A stretch of 64,000 nt of DNA from Candidatus Woesearchaeota archaeon (GCA_016180135.1 JACPBV010000004.1:26868-90867); one strand, 5' to 3'. Positions 15,938 to 24,858 are shown, counted from the stretch's first letter. The notes: generated from the letters alone by a model not told the origin. Made by a program: numbers and translations.

Positions 15938-17926
15938 TCAGCAGTTCTTCAGGGCAGCAGCATCAATATCCAGAAAGGAGTATTTTTTCTTATCAGTAAA
16001 TTCACCTAACGTGCAGATCATCGTATCATGCGGAGCGCCTTTCTTCAGCAATAACCAGCTCCCCCGGACTTGAACAACACCATACCGTTCATCATTAAAC
16101 AGCGCATTCAGCTCAGAGGAGCTTAATTTCTGCCCATTCCTCTTCGGATCAGCCAGTGCCCTGCTTAAATCAACGATGATATACTCCGGCATTGGCCATT
16201 CTATAATTGGCTTTTTCTCACCAACTCTTCCATCCCCAGCATCACTAACCTTTCCATCAGTAAATCTTTCCCTGGAACCCCGCAGGAAATCCGCAAGGTT
16301 GTAGGCAAACTTCCTTTCGCTGAGATGCGGCAGCGCCCAATTGGGGGCGGCGACAGCAGCATTCTTCGGAATCAGGGAAATGACCTCTCTCCCGTTGAGT
16401 GCATAAGGTGAAGAAGCTGAAAAATCCCTGAGGTCATAGAGCAGCGCAAATGGCCCGTAGGAAGCGAAAGCGAAGATGCTGGCAAAAAACACAAACACGC
16501 ACCAGGAAAGGATTGTGCGGGAATTTTTGACAATCTTTCTCTTCATGAGGAAACCTAATCCCGATGCCGCTGCCAGATAGAGGAAAGGCACGATGACAAC
16601 AGGGTGATGATAGAGGATCTGCTGGAAACCAAGTGGGCTGTAAAGCAGGATCAAAGCAAACTCCGAAATCACCAAAAACAGCACAGGCAGCCCGAAAAGG
16701 GTCAAGACCCCAAACGGAAAGAACAGCAGCGACAGAAAGCCTATCTTCTCGAGCGTAAAGACATAAGGCAGGGTGATATCGGGCCTGAACAATGCGGTCA
16801 GGGCAGCCTCTCCGATGGTTTTTCCGAAGATGGGATTTACTTCAAGGAAGAAATTGGTGTGCTGCCCGAACAGCGGCATGATAAGATAAAAGTTTGCAAG
16901 AAACCACATAATCCCTGCAAGTAAAACCACGCTCCCCCAAAGCCTTTTCCGGTATTTCACAAAAGCAAATATCCCGAACGGAACCATCAGCAGGGGCAGC
17001 GTCTCTTTTACTGTTCCCGAGGCAGCAAGAAGCGCCGCCGTAATGCCAAATCTTCCCTTTTCCATAAAATAGAAAGCAAACAGCACTAATGGCACAGCAA
17101 GCGTATCTGGATGAAAATCGAAGAGATAGGTAAAATTTAACGTCGGAAAAAACAGGTAGCCCGCAGCAAAAAGCAGGCTCCAGAACTCTCTTTTCAGCAT
17201 CCTTCTTAAGATCAGGTAGAGGGGGATTGCGCTGAAGCTTAATACTGCCCCCTGCACGATAAGAAGAACCACAGGACTTTTGAAGGCAAGATACAAAGGC
17301 GCAAATATCCATAGTATCCAGTTGAGGTGCATGCTCAGCAGCGGAAACATCATCGTTGAATAGTATTGGCTGAGCTGGGTGTATCCAAAAACAACTTGGT
17401 CATAGACTCCAAGGTCATAGCCTGTCGAGAAAAAGGAATAATGCTTCATGATCGCAAGGGTTGTGAAGACAGTAAAATGAATTCCGGCAAGGATAAATAC
17501 CCATAGCAGCGAAGTTTTTACCTCAAGTTTTTTTGGAAAGAAATAAACCTTGAGTAACAGGAAGCAGGCGAAGGAAAATGCGAAGGGCAGGGTTGATTGG
17601 AGCAGCGAAAACGGCTCCAGCGATGGCGGCAACGGAAGAGTATGCCTCAGCGGAAAAAGCCCTAAGATTGCAAAAGGCAGGAACGTCAGTGCATCGTTGA
17701 AAAGAAATTTCCTGAACTGCTTCCCAAATGCTCTGGCGGTAAGGGCGCTATAAGCCGCCCACACCCCAAGGAACAAAACTGCCGAAGTGATGGAAAAAGA
17801 GAAGATGCCTGTCCAGGGGGCAGCTGAAATGCTTTTGAAGAAATAATCTGCCGAAAATATCCCTGCAAGTATCCCCAGTGCGCTGACCCACAGCCCTGCA
17901 AAAAGAATCGTATGGCGCTCATCCAC
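15938..17926 (-). CDS. DUF2079-like polytopic membrane protein (GT-C-like, putative glycosyltransferase)
   Basis: 662 aa with many TM segments. The loop motif FSTGYDLGVYDQVVFGY resembles the DUF2079 signature (D-L-G-x-F-D-Q). Confidence 0.55.
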   Translation of the reverse strand: MDERHTILFAGLWVSALGILAGIFSADYFFKSISAAPWTGIFSFSITSAVLFLGVWAAYSALTARAFGKQFRKFLFNDALTFLPFAILGLFPLRHTLPLPPSLEPFSLLQSTLPFAFSFACFLLLKVYFFPKKLEVKTSLLWVFILAGIHFTVFTTLAIMKHYSFFSTGYDLGVYDQVVFGYTQLSQYYSTMMFPLLSMHLNWILWIFAPLYLAFKSPVVLLIVQGAVLSFSAIPLYLILRRMLKREFWSLLFAAGYLFFPTLNFTYLFDFHPDTLAVPLVLFAFYFMEKGRFGITAALLAASGTVKETLPLLMVPFGIFAFVKYRKRLWGSVVLLAGIMWFLANFYLIMPLFGQHTNFFLEVNPIFGKTIGEAALTALFRPDITLPYVFTLEKIGFLSLLFFPFGVLTLFGLPVLFLVISEFALILLYSPLGFQQILYHHPVVIVPFLYLAAASGLGFLMKRKIVKNSRTILSWCVFVFFASIFAFASYGPFALLYDLRDFSASSPYALNGREVISLIPKNAAVAAPNWALPHLSERKFAYNLADFLRGSRERFTDGKVSDAGDGRVGEKKPIIEWPMPEYIIVDLSRALADPKRNGQKLSSSELNALFNDERYGVVQVRGSWLLLKKGAPHDTMICTLGEFTDKKKYSFLDIDAAALKNC

Positions 17927-18440
17927 CTTCCTTGAACCTCCATTTGCTGACTTCCATCATGGTAAACACTTTTTTCCTTGCAGCCCTTTCGCATTGTGTA
18001 AAAAGATAGGCATTAGCCTCCTCGAGCGTCATCTTGTGGTCGTCATGGGCAGTGGTGTATCCGGTAAGCATCATCCCGACGCTTGAGACCCAGTTTTCCG
18101 TCGGAAGGCCTGTCAGCAGGATTGCCCCGGGATTCATCTTTTTGAAATCAGCGATTATCTCTTTGAGCTGGGGCAGCGTCAGGTGCTCAAACACTCCGTT
18201 TGCAACGATCACCGACGGCTTCAGCCCCCGGTAGTCTTCAATCTCAGTATTTTCCGGAAGGAGATCATAGCCAACCACATTTCTGCCGGGCAGCATCCTC
18301 TTCAGATGGCCTACGCCGCAGCCAAAATCAAGAATAAGCCCTTCTTCACTCTTCAGGTTCCCCAATCGGATGATGGTGTTCAGGACCCTGCGGAAGTAGA
18401 TTCCTGCAATCCCAGTGTAATAGTCTTCCCTGTAGTCCAT
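17919..18440 (-). CDS. class I SAM-dependent methyltransferase
   Basis: ILDFGCGVGHLKRMLPGRNVVGYDL is motif I. An 8-nt overlap links it to the downstream gene. Confidence 0.7.
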   Translation of the reverse strand: MDYREDYYTGIAGIYFRRVLNTIIRLGNLKSEEGLILDFGCGVGHLKRMLPGRNVVGYDLLPENTEIEDYRGLKPSVIVANGVFEHLTLPQLKEIIADFKKMNPGAILLTGLPTENWVSSVGMMLTGYTTAHDDHKMTLEEANAYLFTQCERAARKKVFTMMEVSKWRFKEGG

Positions 18441-18442
18441 AG

Positions 18443-19318
18443 TTAACGGAAAAGGTAATGCGCCATCTCTTTAAGAATATTTCCTATCAGCGAAGGGGTT
18501 ATCCTGACGCTGGAAACCCCCTGCGCTCTCAGCGTGTAGGGTATTCCCATCTCTTTCCACCGGAACCCTTTCCTTTTCAGCTCAGAAAGCAGCTCTGCAG
18601 AGAAGAAGAACGTATTTGCCCTGAGGTCAAGCTCCCGGGCAGCATCCCTCCGGACCATCTTAAAAGAGAAGTTGACATCATGGACTTTCAGCCCAAGCAG
18701 ATGCCGTGTGAGAAAATTATAGCTTTTGGAGTAGAACCACCGTGTGAAATTTTCCCGGTGCCCGATGCGGTAGCCTATCACCGCATCGCAGTCCCTGATG
18801 AGCGGCAGCGCCCTTTTGATCTCATCGATGGAAAACGGCTCATCCCCGTCCATATACAGCACGATATCTTTTGCGCTCTCCCTGAATCCATACCGGATGG
18901 CGCTCCCCAGCCCTTTCTTTGCGCCCTCATGGAACACTTTGCAGTGTCGCATGGTTTTTGCAAGCGTATCGACAATTGCCCCGGTGCTGTCGGTGCTTCC
19001 GCTCTCGATAATGATGATCTCATAATCATCGGTCAGCCCCCGCAGCGCTTTTTCCAGTGATCCGATGACTCTTAAAGCGTTCCGTTCCTCATTATACATC
19101 GGGACAACGATAGAGAGACTCTCCCGGATTTCCCCTCCTTGGGTATGGCTTCCCGCTTCGTTTCCCCCCTCCCCATCTCTCCTCCCCGCTCCGCTCCCAT
19201 CCCTCCCAAATCCCCTTCTCCCGGTTACTCTATTTCCACGAGCCATGCCCCAATTGCCTGAGTCAATTTTATGAGTGTCCTTGACCATACCTCTGCCTCT
19301 GCCTTTGCCCCGGTTCAT
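18443..19318 (-). CDS. GT2 glycosyltransferase with Arg/Gly-rich N-terminal extension
   Basis: LSIVVPMYNEERNA...IIIIESGSTDSTGAIV...LYMDGDEPF is a GT-A core. The start is chosen at Met21 (19318), which makes an ATGA overlap with the upstream stop. About 70 aa of RG-rich sequence precede the catalytic domain. Confidence 0.8.
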   Translation of the reverse strand: MNRGKGRGRGMVKDTHKIDSGNWGMARGNRVTGRRGFGRDGSGAGRRDGEGGNEAGSHTQGGEIRESLSIVVPMYNEERNALRVIGSLEKALRGLTDDYEIIIIESGSTDSTGAIVDTLAKTMRHCKVFHEGAKKGLGSAIRYGFRESAKDIVLYMDGDEPFSIDEIKRALPLIRDCDAVIGYRIGHRENFTRWFYSKSYNFLTRHLLGLKVHDVNFSFKMVRRDAARELDLRANTFFFSAELLSELKRKGFRWKEMGIPYTLRAQGVSSVRITPSLIGNILKEMAHYLFR

Positions 19319-20235
19319 GCCTTCTTCCCCCGCAGTGCAAGCGTAAGCCCTGCATCGATGCTGATGGTCGGCTCCCACCTCAATTCTTTTTTTGCCTTTG
19401 CGATGTCTGCCCTGCAGTCCATAACTTCATTTTTTCTCCGCTCGCCGGAAAATGTCATCTTCACAGGTTTCCCATGCAGTTTTGCAAGCTTCTCAGCTAT
19501 CTCCCTGACGCTGTAGCTTTTTCCCGAACCGATATTGAACACTCCCTCCCCCGGAAACGCCATCGCCCGGAGGTATGCCTCAACCGCATCTTCAACAAAA
19601 GTGAAATCTCTTTTTGGCTCAGGGTCCCCAAGCTCAACAGCCGCCCCCCCTGTCCCTGCCTCCGCCCCCAGCTGGCTTATGATCTTTCCGATAAGAAAAT
19701 CTTTTCCCTGCCCCGGCCCGTAGATATTGAACATTCTCAGGATGATCGCTTTCATCCCAAAATCTTTTTGGTAGGCTTTGATGAATTCCTCTGCAAGGTA
19801 TTTGGAATGCGCATAGGGGTTAAACGGGTTTAAAGGGTGCTTCTCGTCAACAGGAAGGTATTGGGGCGCCCCATACAGGTAAGAGCTTGCGAAAATAAGC
19901 CTTGCGCCGGTGATCCTGCACAGCTCGCACACATTAAGTGTTCCGAAGCTGTTCACTTCAAAATATTCCCGTGGCTTTTCCCGGGAAGCTCCCACCGCAG
20001 CAAGCCCTGCCAGATGGAAAACATGGCTGATGCCGTTAGTGCTCTTTGTTCCGTTAACTCCCTTTGTTCCGCTGGCTTCTGCAGCAATCCCCTTCAGGTC
20101 TTCCCAACGTGCCACAGACTTTCCTTCTGTGTGGTCAAATTTCAGGACAGGTATCCCCTTGCGCTCCAAAGCCCGGACTAGCCATTTGCCTACAAACCCG
20201 CTGCTTCCCGTGACTAAAACTGATGCTTTTTTCAT
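19315..20235 (-). CDS. NAD-dependent nucleotide-sugar epimerase/dehydratase (SDR family)
   Basis: VLVTGSSGFVGKWL is the Rossmann GxxGxxG motif. YAHSKYLAE is the YxxxK motif. Confidence 0.85.
   Translation of the reverse strand: MKKASVLVTGSSGFVGKWLVRALERKGIPVLKFDHTEGKSVARWEDLKGIAAEASGTKGVNGTKSTNGISHVFHLAGLAAVGASREKPREYFEVNSFGTLNVCELCRITGARLIFASSYLYGAPQYLPVDEKHPLNPFNPYAHSKYLAEEFIKAYQKDFGMKAIILRMFNIYGPGQGKDFLIGKIISQLGAEAGTGGAAVELGDPEPKRDFTFVEDAVEAYLRAMAFPGEGVFNIGSGKSYSVREIAEKLAKLHGKPVKMTFSGERRKNEVMDCRADIAKAKKELRWEPTISIDAGLTLALRGKKA
20023..20066 (-). repeat. in-frame imperfect 18-nt tandem repeat inside the epimerase gene (GTKGVN/GTKSTN)
   Basis: ccgttagtgctctttgtt / ccgttaactccctttgtt / ccgctggc.... 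These encode ...SGTKGVNGTKSTNG..., an insertion not expected in the SDR fold. Confidence 0.5.
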
Positions 20236-20948
20236 GGCAGAAATCTTGAAGGGTTTTTGCTGAACTCTTCAACAGCGATCGCATAATCATCCGGCCTCCC
20301 GATATCCAGCCAGTATCCTTCGAACGGATAGGCTATCACTTTCTCCTTCCTGCTGATGAGGATTTTTATCAGGTCAGGAAAATCCAGCTTCCCCTGCTGT
20401 TCGACAGCTTCTCTGATGATTCCGATGACCTTAGGCTCCATCACATTGATGCCGATGCTGACGGTGTATTGGAGCGTCGGCTTTTCAGTGTAGCCTCTGA
20501 CCTCCTGCCCGTTTCCCACCTCGATGATCCCATAATCGATAGGAACTTTTCTTTGGTGGACAGCGATAGTCACTGCAGCCTTATGCTTCTTGTGATAGCT
20601 CATCAGGTCTTTATAGTTCAGGTCCGTCAGGATGTCCCCATTCATCACCAGGAACGCCTCAGTAAGCCCCTTTATCTGCCCCAATGGCCCCGATGTCCCT
20701 AAAGGCTTGTCTTCCTTTGAATATTTAATCGGCACCCCGTGCTTCTGCCCGTCGCCAAAATAAGCCATGAACAGCTCAGAGAGATAACCGACGGCAAGAG
20801 TGATATCGGTGAAGCCGTTTTTCTTCAGCTGCGCAATGACCACTTCGATGATTGCCCTGTCCCCGATGGGCATCAATGGCTTAGGGATGACAGTGGTATA
20901 AGGCTTCAGCCGAGTCCCTTTCCCGCCCGCTAAGATTGCCGCTTTCAT
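20232..20948 (-). CDS. sugar-1-phosphate nucleotidyltransferase
   Basis: MKAAILAGGKGTRLKPYTTVIPKPLMPIG is the canonical signature (RfbA/RfbF/GlmU-N type). Confidence 0.85.
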   Translation of the reverse strand: MKAAILAGGKGTRLKPYTTVIPKPLMPIGDRAIIEVVIAQLKKNGFTDITLAVGYLSELFMAYFGDGQKHGVPIKYSKEDKPLGTSGPLGQIKGLTEAFLVMNGDILTDLNYKDLMSYHKKHKAAVTIAVHQRKVPIDYGIIEVGNGQEVRGYTEKPTLQYTVSIGINVMEPKVIGIIREAVEQQGKLDFPDLIKILISRKEKVIAYPFEGYWLDIGRPDDYAIAVEEFSKNPSRFLP

Positions 20949-21003
20949 AAGGAAAACCTGAGATGGGAAAAACTGAGAGTGTATTTAAAGATTTGTGTGT
21001 TTG

Positions 21004-21177
21004 GTATGAATTAAGCTCCGGCAAGAGCAGCTCTGCCATCCTAAAGTCAAAACTCCATCCAAAAAGACAGCCAGCCCGTTGCGGGGGGTTGTCCCTTACG
21101 GGGACGCAGGGCCATCGCCAGACTTATCGGGAGTTTTGAAGATGGCAGAGCCGCTCCGAGGGGAGCTTAATTTATAC
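21004..21177. mobile_element. family-B long-hairpin MITE-like element, copy B2 (174 nt)
   Basis: The inverted repeat is gtatgaattaagctcc / ggagcttaatttatac. The same 13-bp and 9-bp inner stems are present. The core is gcggggggttgtcccttacggggacgcagggcc. The flanking 8-mers tgtgtttg / ggtgtttg match 7 of 8. Confidence 0.75.
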
Positions 21178-21234
21178 GGTGTTTGAAGTGTTGAGAGCAG
21201 AACTTACGATATGGGCCTTTAGTTTACCTTAGAA

Positions 21235-22224
21235 CTATTCAAACCCCTTCCCGCCCTTCTGAAAAAAGTCCCAATACCACTGCACGGTCTTCTTCACGCC
21301 TTCCTTCCACCCGACAGCAGGCCTGTAGCCAAGAAGCTTCCTGGCCTTAGAAATGTCAGGGCATCTTCTCGAAACGCTTCCTGAAGGCGCTTTTTCAGAT
21401 GAATATCTCCCTTTAAACCCGACAACTGAGCCGATAAACCTCACAAGTTCATCGACGGTAATCTCCTCTTCAGCCCCGATATGGAATATCTCCCCGTCTC
21501 CCTTGCTGCTCTCCATCGCCAGGACAGTTCCCTGCACCGCATCATCCACATAGCAGAAGCTTCTCGTCTGCTCTCCGCCGATGATCGAAAAAGGATTTTC
21601 CTTCTCATAAAACCTTTTCACCACCTGGGGGATCACATGCTTGAACCCCATCCTTTCGCCGTAGACATTGTGGTATCTGGCCACAACAGGAATAAACCCA
21701 TACGTTTTTGCATAGGCAAACAATCCTGACTCTCCGAGCATCTTTGTGGCAGCATAGGTAAACCTTGGATGCCTGATGTCAGCGATGCACAGCGGCACTT
21801 CCTCATCCGTCGGCACTTTATAGCCAAACTTCTCGACGCTGCCGGCATAGCATTCGCTTGTTGACGAAAAAATCACTTTCCTGCATTGAGCAGTTTTCAG
21901 CCATTCCAGCAGGTTTACCATCAGCAGGGTATTGATCCTGATGATCTCAGCAGGCATCTTCTCCGTATAGCCGACGCCGACCACTGCAGCAAGCATATAT
22001 ACGCAGTCATAATGTTCGCCCAGCTTGGAAAATGCTTTTGCGTCGGTGCAGTCTGCCTTGACAATCTTCACCCCTCCCTTCTCCAGCGCCTTCAGCTCAT
22101 CATCCATCTTCCCCCTGAAGAAATTGTCAATGATCGTGACTGCATACCCTTTCTGCCCAGAAAGATGCTTCGCAAGGCGGTGGCCGATAAAACCAGCTCC
22201 GCCGATGATCAGTGCTTTTTTCAT
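21235..22224 (-). CDS. NAD-dependent nucleotide-sugar epimerase/dehydratase (SDR family)
   Basis: ALIIGGAGFIGHRLAKHL and YAATKMLGE (YxxxK) are present. A 4-nt overlap links it to the upstream dehydrogenase gene. Confidence 0.85.
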   Translation of the reverse strand: MKKALIIGGAGFIGHRLAKHLSGQKGYAVTIIDNFFRGKMDDELKALEKGGVKIVKADCTDAKAFSKLGEHYDCVYMLAAVVGVGYTEKMPAEIIRINTLLMVNLLEWLKTAQCRKVIFSSTSECYAGSVEKFGYKVPTDEEVPLCIADIRHPRFTYAATKMLGESGLFAYAKTYGFIPVVARYHNVYGERMGFKHVIPQVVKRFYEKENPFSIIGGEQTRSFCYVDDAVQGTVLAMESSKGDGEIFHIGAEEEITVDELVRFIGSVVGFKGRYSSEKAPSGSVSRRCPDISKARKLLGYRPAVGWKEGVKKTVQWYWDFFQKGGKGFE

Positions 22225-23693
22225 ATGTCCCCCCTCCCGATGACCTTGATACTATGCTTAGCCTTAAACAATGCAATGGTTCCCTTATCGAGTATTCCGA
22301 CGGAATCGACGATGATGCACCTCTTCATCCCCATGATGCTTTCCTGCAGCGCCTTGTTATTCCTATAGCCCTTGTGGTTTGTGCAGAAGATGATGATGTC
22401 AAAAACTCCCTCAACAGGGATGCGCTGCTCAACCTTAACGTTCTTCTCTGGCCAGGTGGTAAGATAAGGGTCCTGCAATGAAATGGTGCACCCCTCCTTT
22501 TTCAGAAGGTCATAAAGCATTCCGACAGGAGTGCTTCTTGTATCGCCGACTTCGCTCCGGTAGGATACTCCGTAAAGAAGGGCTTTTTTCCCTTTGAGAT
22601 TTCCCTGCGCCAGCCTCTTTGCAGCATCGAACGTATGTTTAGGCATCATATCATTGATGGCAACTGCATGCTCGCTTTCTCCCAGCCCTGCTTTGCTCCC
22701 AAAAATATTTTTTTTCGACCAGCTTGCCATCAAAGGGTCTTTGGTGAGGCAATACCCTCCAACACCTAATCCCGGCAGCATGATGTTCCTGTGCGTCGGC
22801 CTTTTCCTGATGGCATCAACAACAGCATACAGGTCAACCCCTGCTTCCTCGGCAAACTCTGTCCATTCCTCGATAAACGCAATGTTCATCGCCCGGAAGG
22901 AATTTTCCAGCACTTTTGCCATCTCAGATGCGGTGGTGGAATGCAGCCGAGTCAGCGGAAACTGGTCTGTCCTGACAATTGTCTTGAGAAATTTTTCAGT
23001 TTCCTGAGCGCTCCCCTCATCGATGCCGGCATACACCCTGTAAAAATTTTGTATAGAATCGATGTATTCAGGCCCTGGCATGACTCTCTCAAAAGAATGC
23101 CCGAGAAAATATTTAGAGATCCCCCTTTCCTGGAATGCTTTGTCCAGAATGGGCTTGACAATCTTCTCGCATGCCCCGGGAGGGACAGTTGTCTCAATCA
23201 GAACCAACACCCCTTCCTTCGCAGACTTCCCGATCGCCACGATAGCTTTCCTGAACCCGCTAAGGTCAACGTCAAACGATTTTCCTTTCTTCGGGTTCTT
23301 CTGGACGTCGAGATTGATGTCCACGATAATCACATCAGCAAGGGAATAAGCATGCGGGTCGCATGTTGCGGTGAAATTTTTCTTCTTTCTTGCCACCTCG
23401 TAAAACTCCAGAACTTTCGGGTCTTCGGCCTTAACCGGAAACTGCCCTTCATTCAGTGCCATGACTTTCCAGTATGATTCAGGAGCAGCAAGATCAACGC
23501 CGATGACCGCATAATCTCCCCGGTAAGCGTTGGCAGCAGCCATCGCCATTGCAGCTCCGACAAATCCAAGTCCCTGGACTGCGATAACCTTTTTCCCGGC
23601 ATTGCCGGAGATAAACTTATCAAGAGCCTTCCGGTCATCTATTGTTTCGGGGATACCATAGCTTCTGCCTGAGTTGGGGTCTTTTGATTCCAT
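22221..23693 (-). CDS. nucleotide-sugar 6-dehydrogenase (UDP-glucose/GDP-mannose dehydrogenase family, WecC/Cap5O-like)
   Basis: VIAVQGLGFVGAAMAMA is the N-terminal Rossmann motif. The catalytic region is GVGGYCLTKDP. Confidence 0.85.
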   Translation of the reverse strand: MESKDPNSGRSYGIPETIDDRKALDKFISGNAGKKVIAVQGLGFVGAAMAMAAANAYRGDYAVIGVDLAAPESYWKVMALNEGQFPVKAEDPKVLEFYEVARKKKNFTATCDPHAYSLADVIIVDINLDVQKNPKKGKSFDVDLSGFRKAIVAIGKSAKEGVLVLIETTVPPGACEKIVKPILDKAFQERGISKYFLGHSFERVMPGPEYIDSIQNFYRVYAGIDEGSAQETEKFLKTIVRTDQFPLTRLHSTTASEMAKVLENSFRAMNIAFIEEWTEFAEEAGVDLYAVVDAIRKRPTHRNIMLPGLGVGGYCLTKDPLMASWSKKNIFGSKAGLGESEHAVAINDMMPKHTFDAAKRLAQGNLKGKKALLYGVSYRSEVGDTRSTPVGMLYDLLKKEGCTISLQDPYLTTWPEKNVKVEQRIPVEGVFDIIIFCTNHKGYRNNKALQESIMGMKRCIIVDSVGILDKGTIALFKAKHSIKVIGRGDI

Positions 23694-23763
23694 ATTGATT
23701 CCACGGGAATAACTTGCTGATGAAGAAAATCACTTAACTCTATTTAAACCATTCGCAAAATCA

Positions 23764-23930
23764 GCGGCTCCGTTCAAAATATAGGTTAGCAGCCTAAAGT
23801 AAAAATCATTTGCCCTCTGAATCCAGCTGACAAGGGGGACGCCCCCAACGGGGAATGTCAGCAACTGAAAAATCACTTTGGGATTTTTAAGCTGCTAACC
23901 CGAGCGAAGCGAGATTTTGAACGGAGCCGC
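23764..23930. mobile_element. family-C long-hairpin MITE-like element (167 nt)
   Basis: Terminal inverted repeat gcggctccgttcaaaat / attttgaacggagccgc (17 bp). Inner stems are ggttagcagc/gctgctaacc and gctgaca/tgtcagc. The core is agggggacgcccccaacgggg. An 11-bp direct repeat gcaaaatcagc sits at 23755-23765 and 23929-23939. Confidence 0.7.
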
Positions 23931-23934
23931 AAAA

Positions 23935-24525
23935 TCAGCCTTTCTCCGCCCTCACAACATTCGTTATTGGATCAGCTTTCCTGTCTTCATATATCCTAAA
24001 CCCGGCATGGGCAAGCAGTCTGTGCAGCCCGTTTCTTGAAAACAGCCGTATCCTCACCCCATGGCTCAGGTGGAATGCTTTATACAGAAAGCCGGCCGGG
24101 CTTGTTCGTGGATAGATACAGACAAAAACTCCCCCTCTCTTCAAAGATTCATAGATATTCTGCGCTCCTTGTTCAGGATGCCTCATGAATTCCAATGCCC
24201 CTGCGCAAAGCGCTTTATCAAACACCCCTTTTGGCCGCTCCAGCTCGATGTTGCAGACTTCAGCTGCAATCCCAAGCTTCCTTGTTTCCAGGACCATCTT
24301 GGGAGCGATGTCAATCCCGAAGGGAACCCCATGAGCTTCCCTGATCAGGGCACCGTAATGCCCGCTGCCGCACCCGACGTCGAGGACAGATTCGTTGGCC
24401 TTCACTGCCAAAAGCTCAAGGGCAATCTCCTGCTCTTTCTTAACAAGCTTCCCGATGAAGCCAGTCCCTCCCCGCTCACCGGCATACACCGATGCCTTCC
24501 TGTCAAAATACTCGCCTGCTTTCAT
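23935..24525 (-). CDS. class I SAM-dependent methyltransferase
   Basis: VLDVGCGSGHYGALI...GIDIAPKMV is motif I with post-I. Confidence 0.75.
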   Translation of the reverse strand: MKAGEYFDRKASVYAGERGGTGFIGKLVKKEQEIALELLAVKANESVLDVGCGSGHYGALIREAHGVPFGIDIAPKMVLETRKLGIAAEVCNIELERPKGVFDKALCAGALEFMRHPEQGAQNIYESLKRGGVFVCIYPRTSPAGFLYKAFHLSHGVRIRLFSRNGLHRLLAHAGFRIYEDRKADPITNVVRAEKG

Positions 24526-24714
24526 GTTTGCTGACTCTCCTTTTGATAATCTATACTTACGGAAAAAAATAATTATACAATTGTTGTCCGTTCGTAATAA
24601 GCCAACGACAACTTTTTGTCTAAATATTTGCGTCGTTGGCTATATTATATGCTCAGGAATTATTCCGCAAAGTCTGAACCCTCTTTCAAATTCATCAAAT
24701 AAATTAGCGCTATA

Positions 24715-24829
24715 GAAAATTTCAACAACCTCGGCGAGGCGAGGCTGGGGGTCGCCCCATCGGGGTAGCCGAGCAGGGCAAATTTCCAGAGGAAATTTGA
24801 CCGTCGAGCCATGTGTTGTTGAAATTTTC
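24715..24829 (+). repeat. family-A structured repeat, copy A1 (115 nt)
   Basis: A 15-bp closing stem gaaaatttcaacaac / gttgttgaaattttc encloses ctcggc...gtcgag, a GC hairpin (ggctg-ggggtcgccccatcgggg-tagcc) and the hairpin caaatttcc-aga-ggaaatttg. Confidence 0.75.
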
Positions 24830-24858
24830 GCGCATTGCACCTCATAAGAGGTGTCTTT

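Noticed and set aside
24715-24829. Family-A elements as tRNA or tRNA-like genes
   Set aside because: The closing stem is 15 bp and the length is about 115 nt. There is no T-loop (GTTCRA) or D-loop consensus and no 7-nt anticodon loop. The multi-copy spread with orientation changes fits a repeat, not tRNA.
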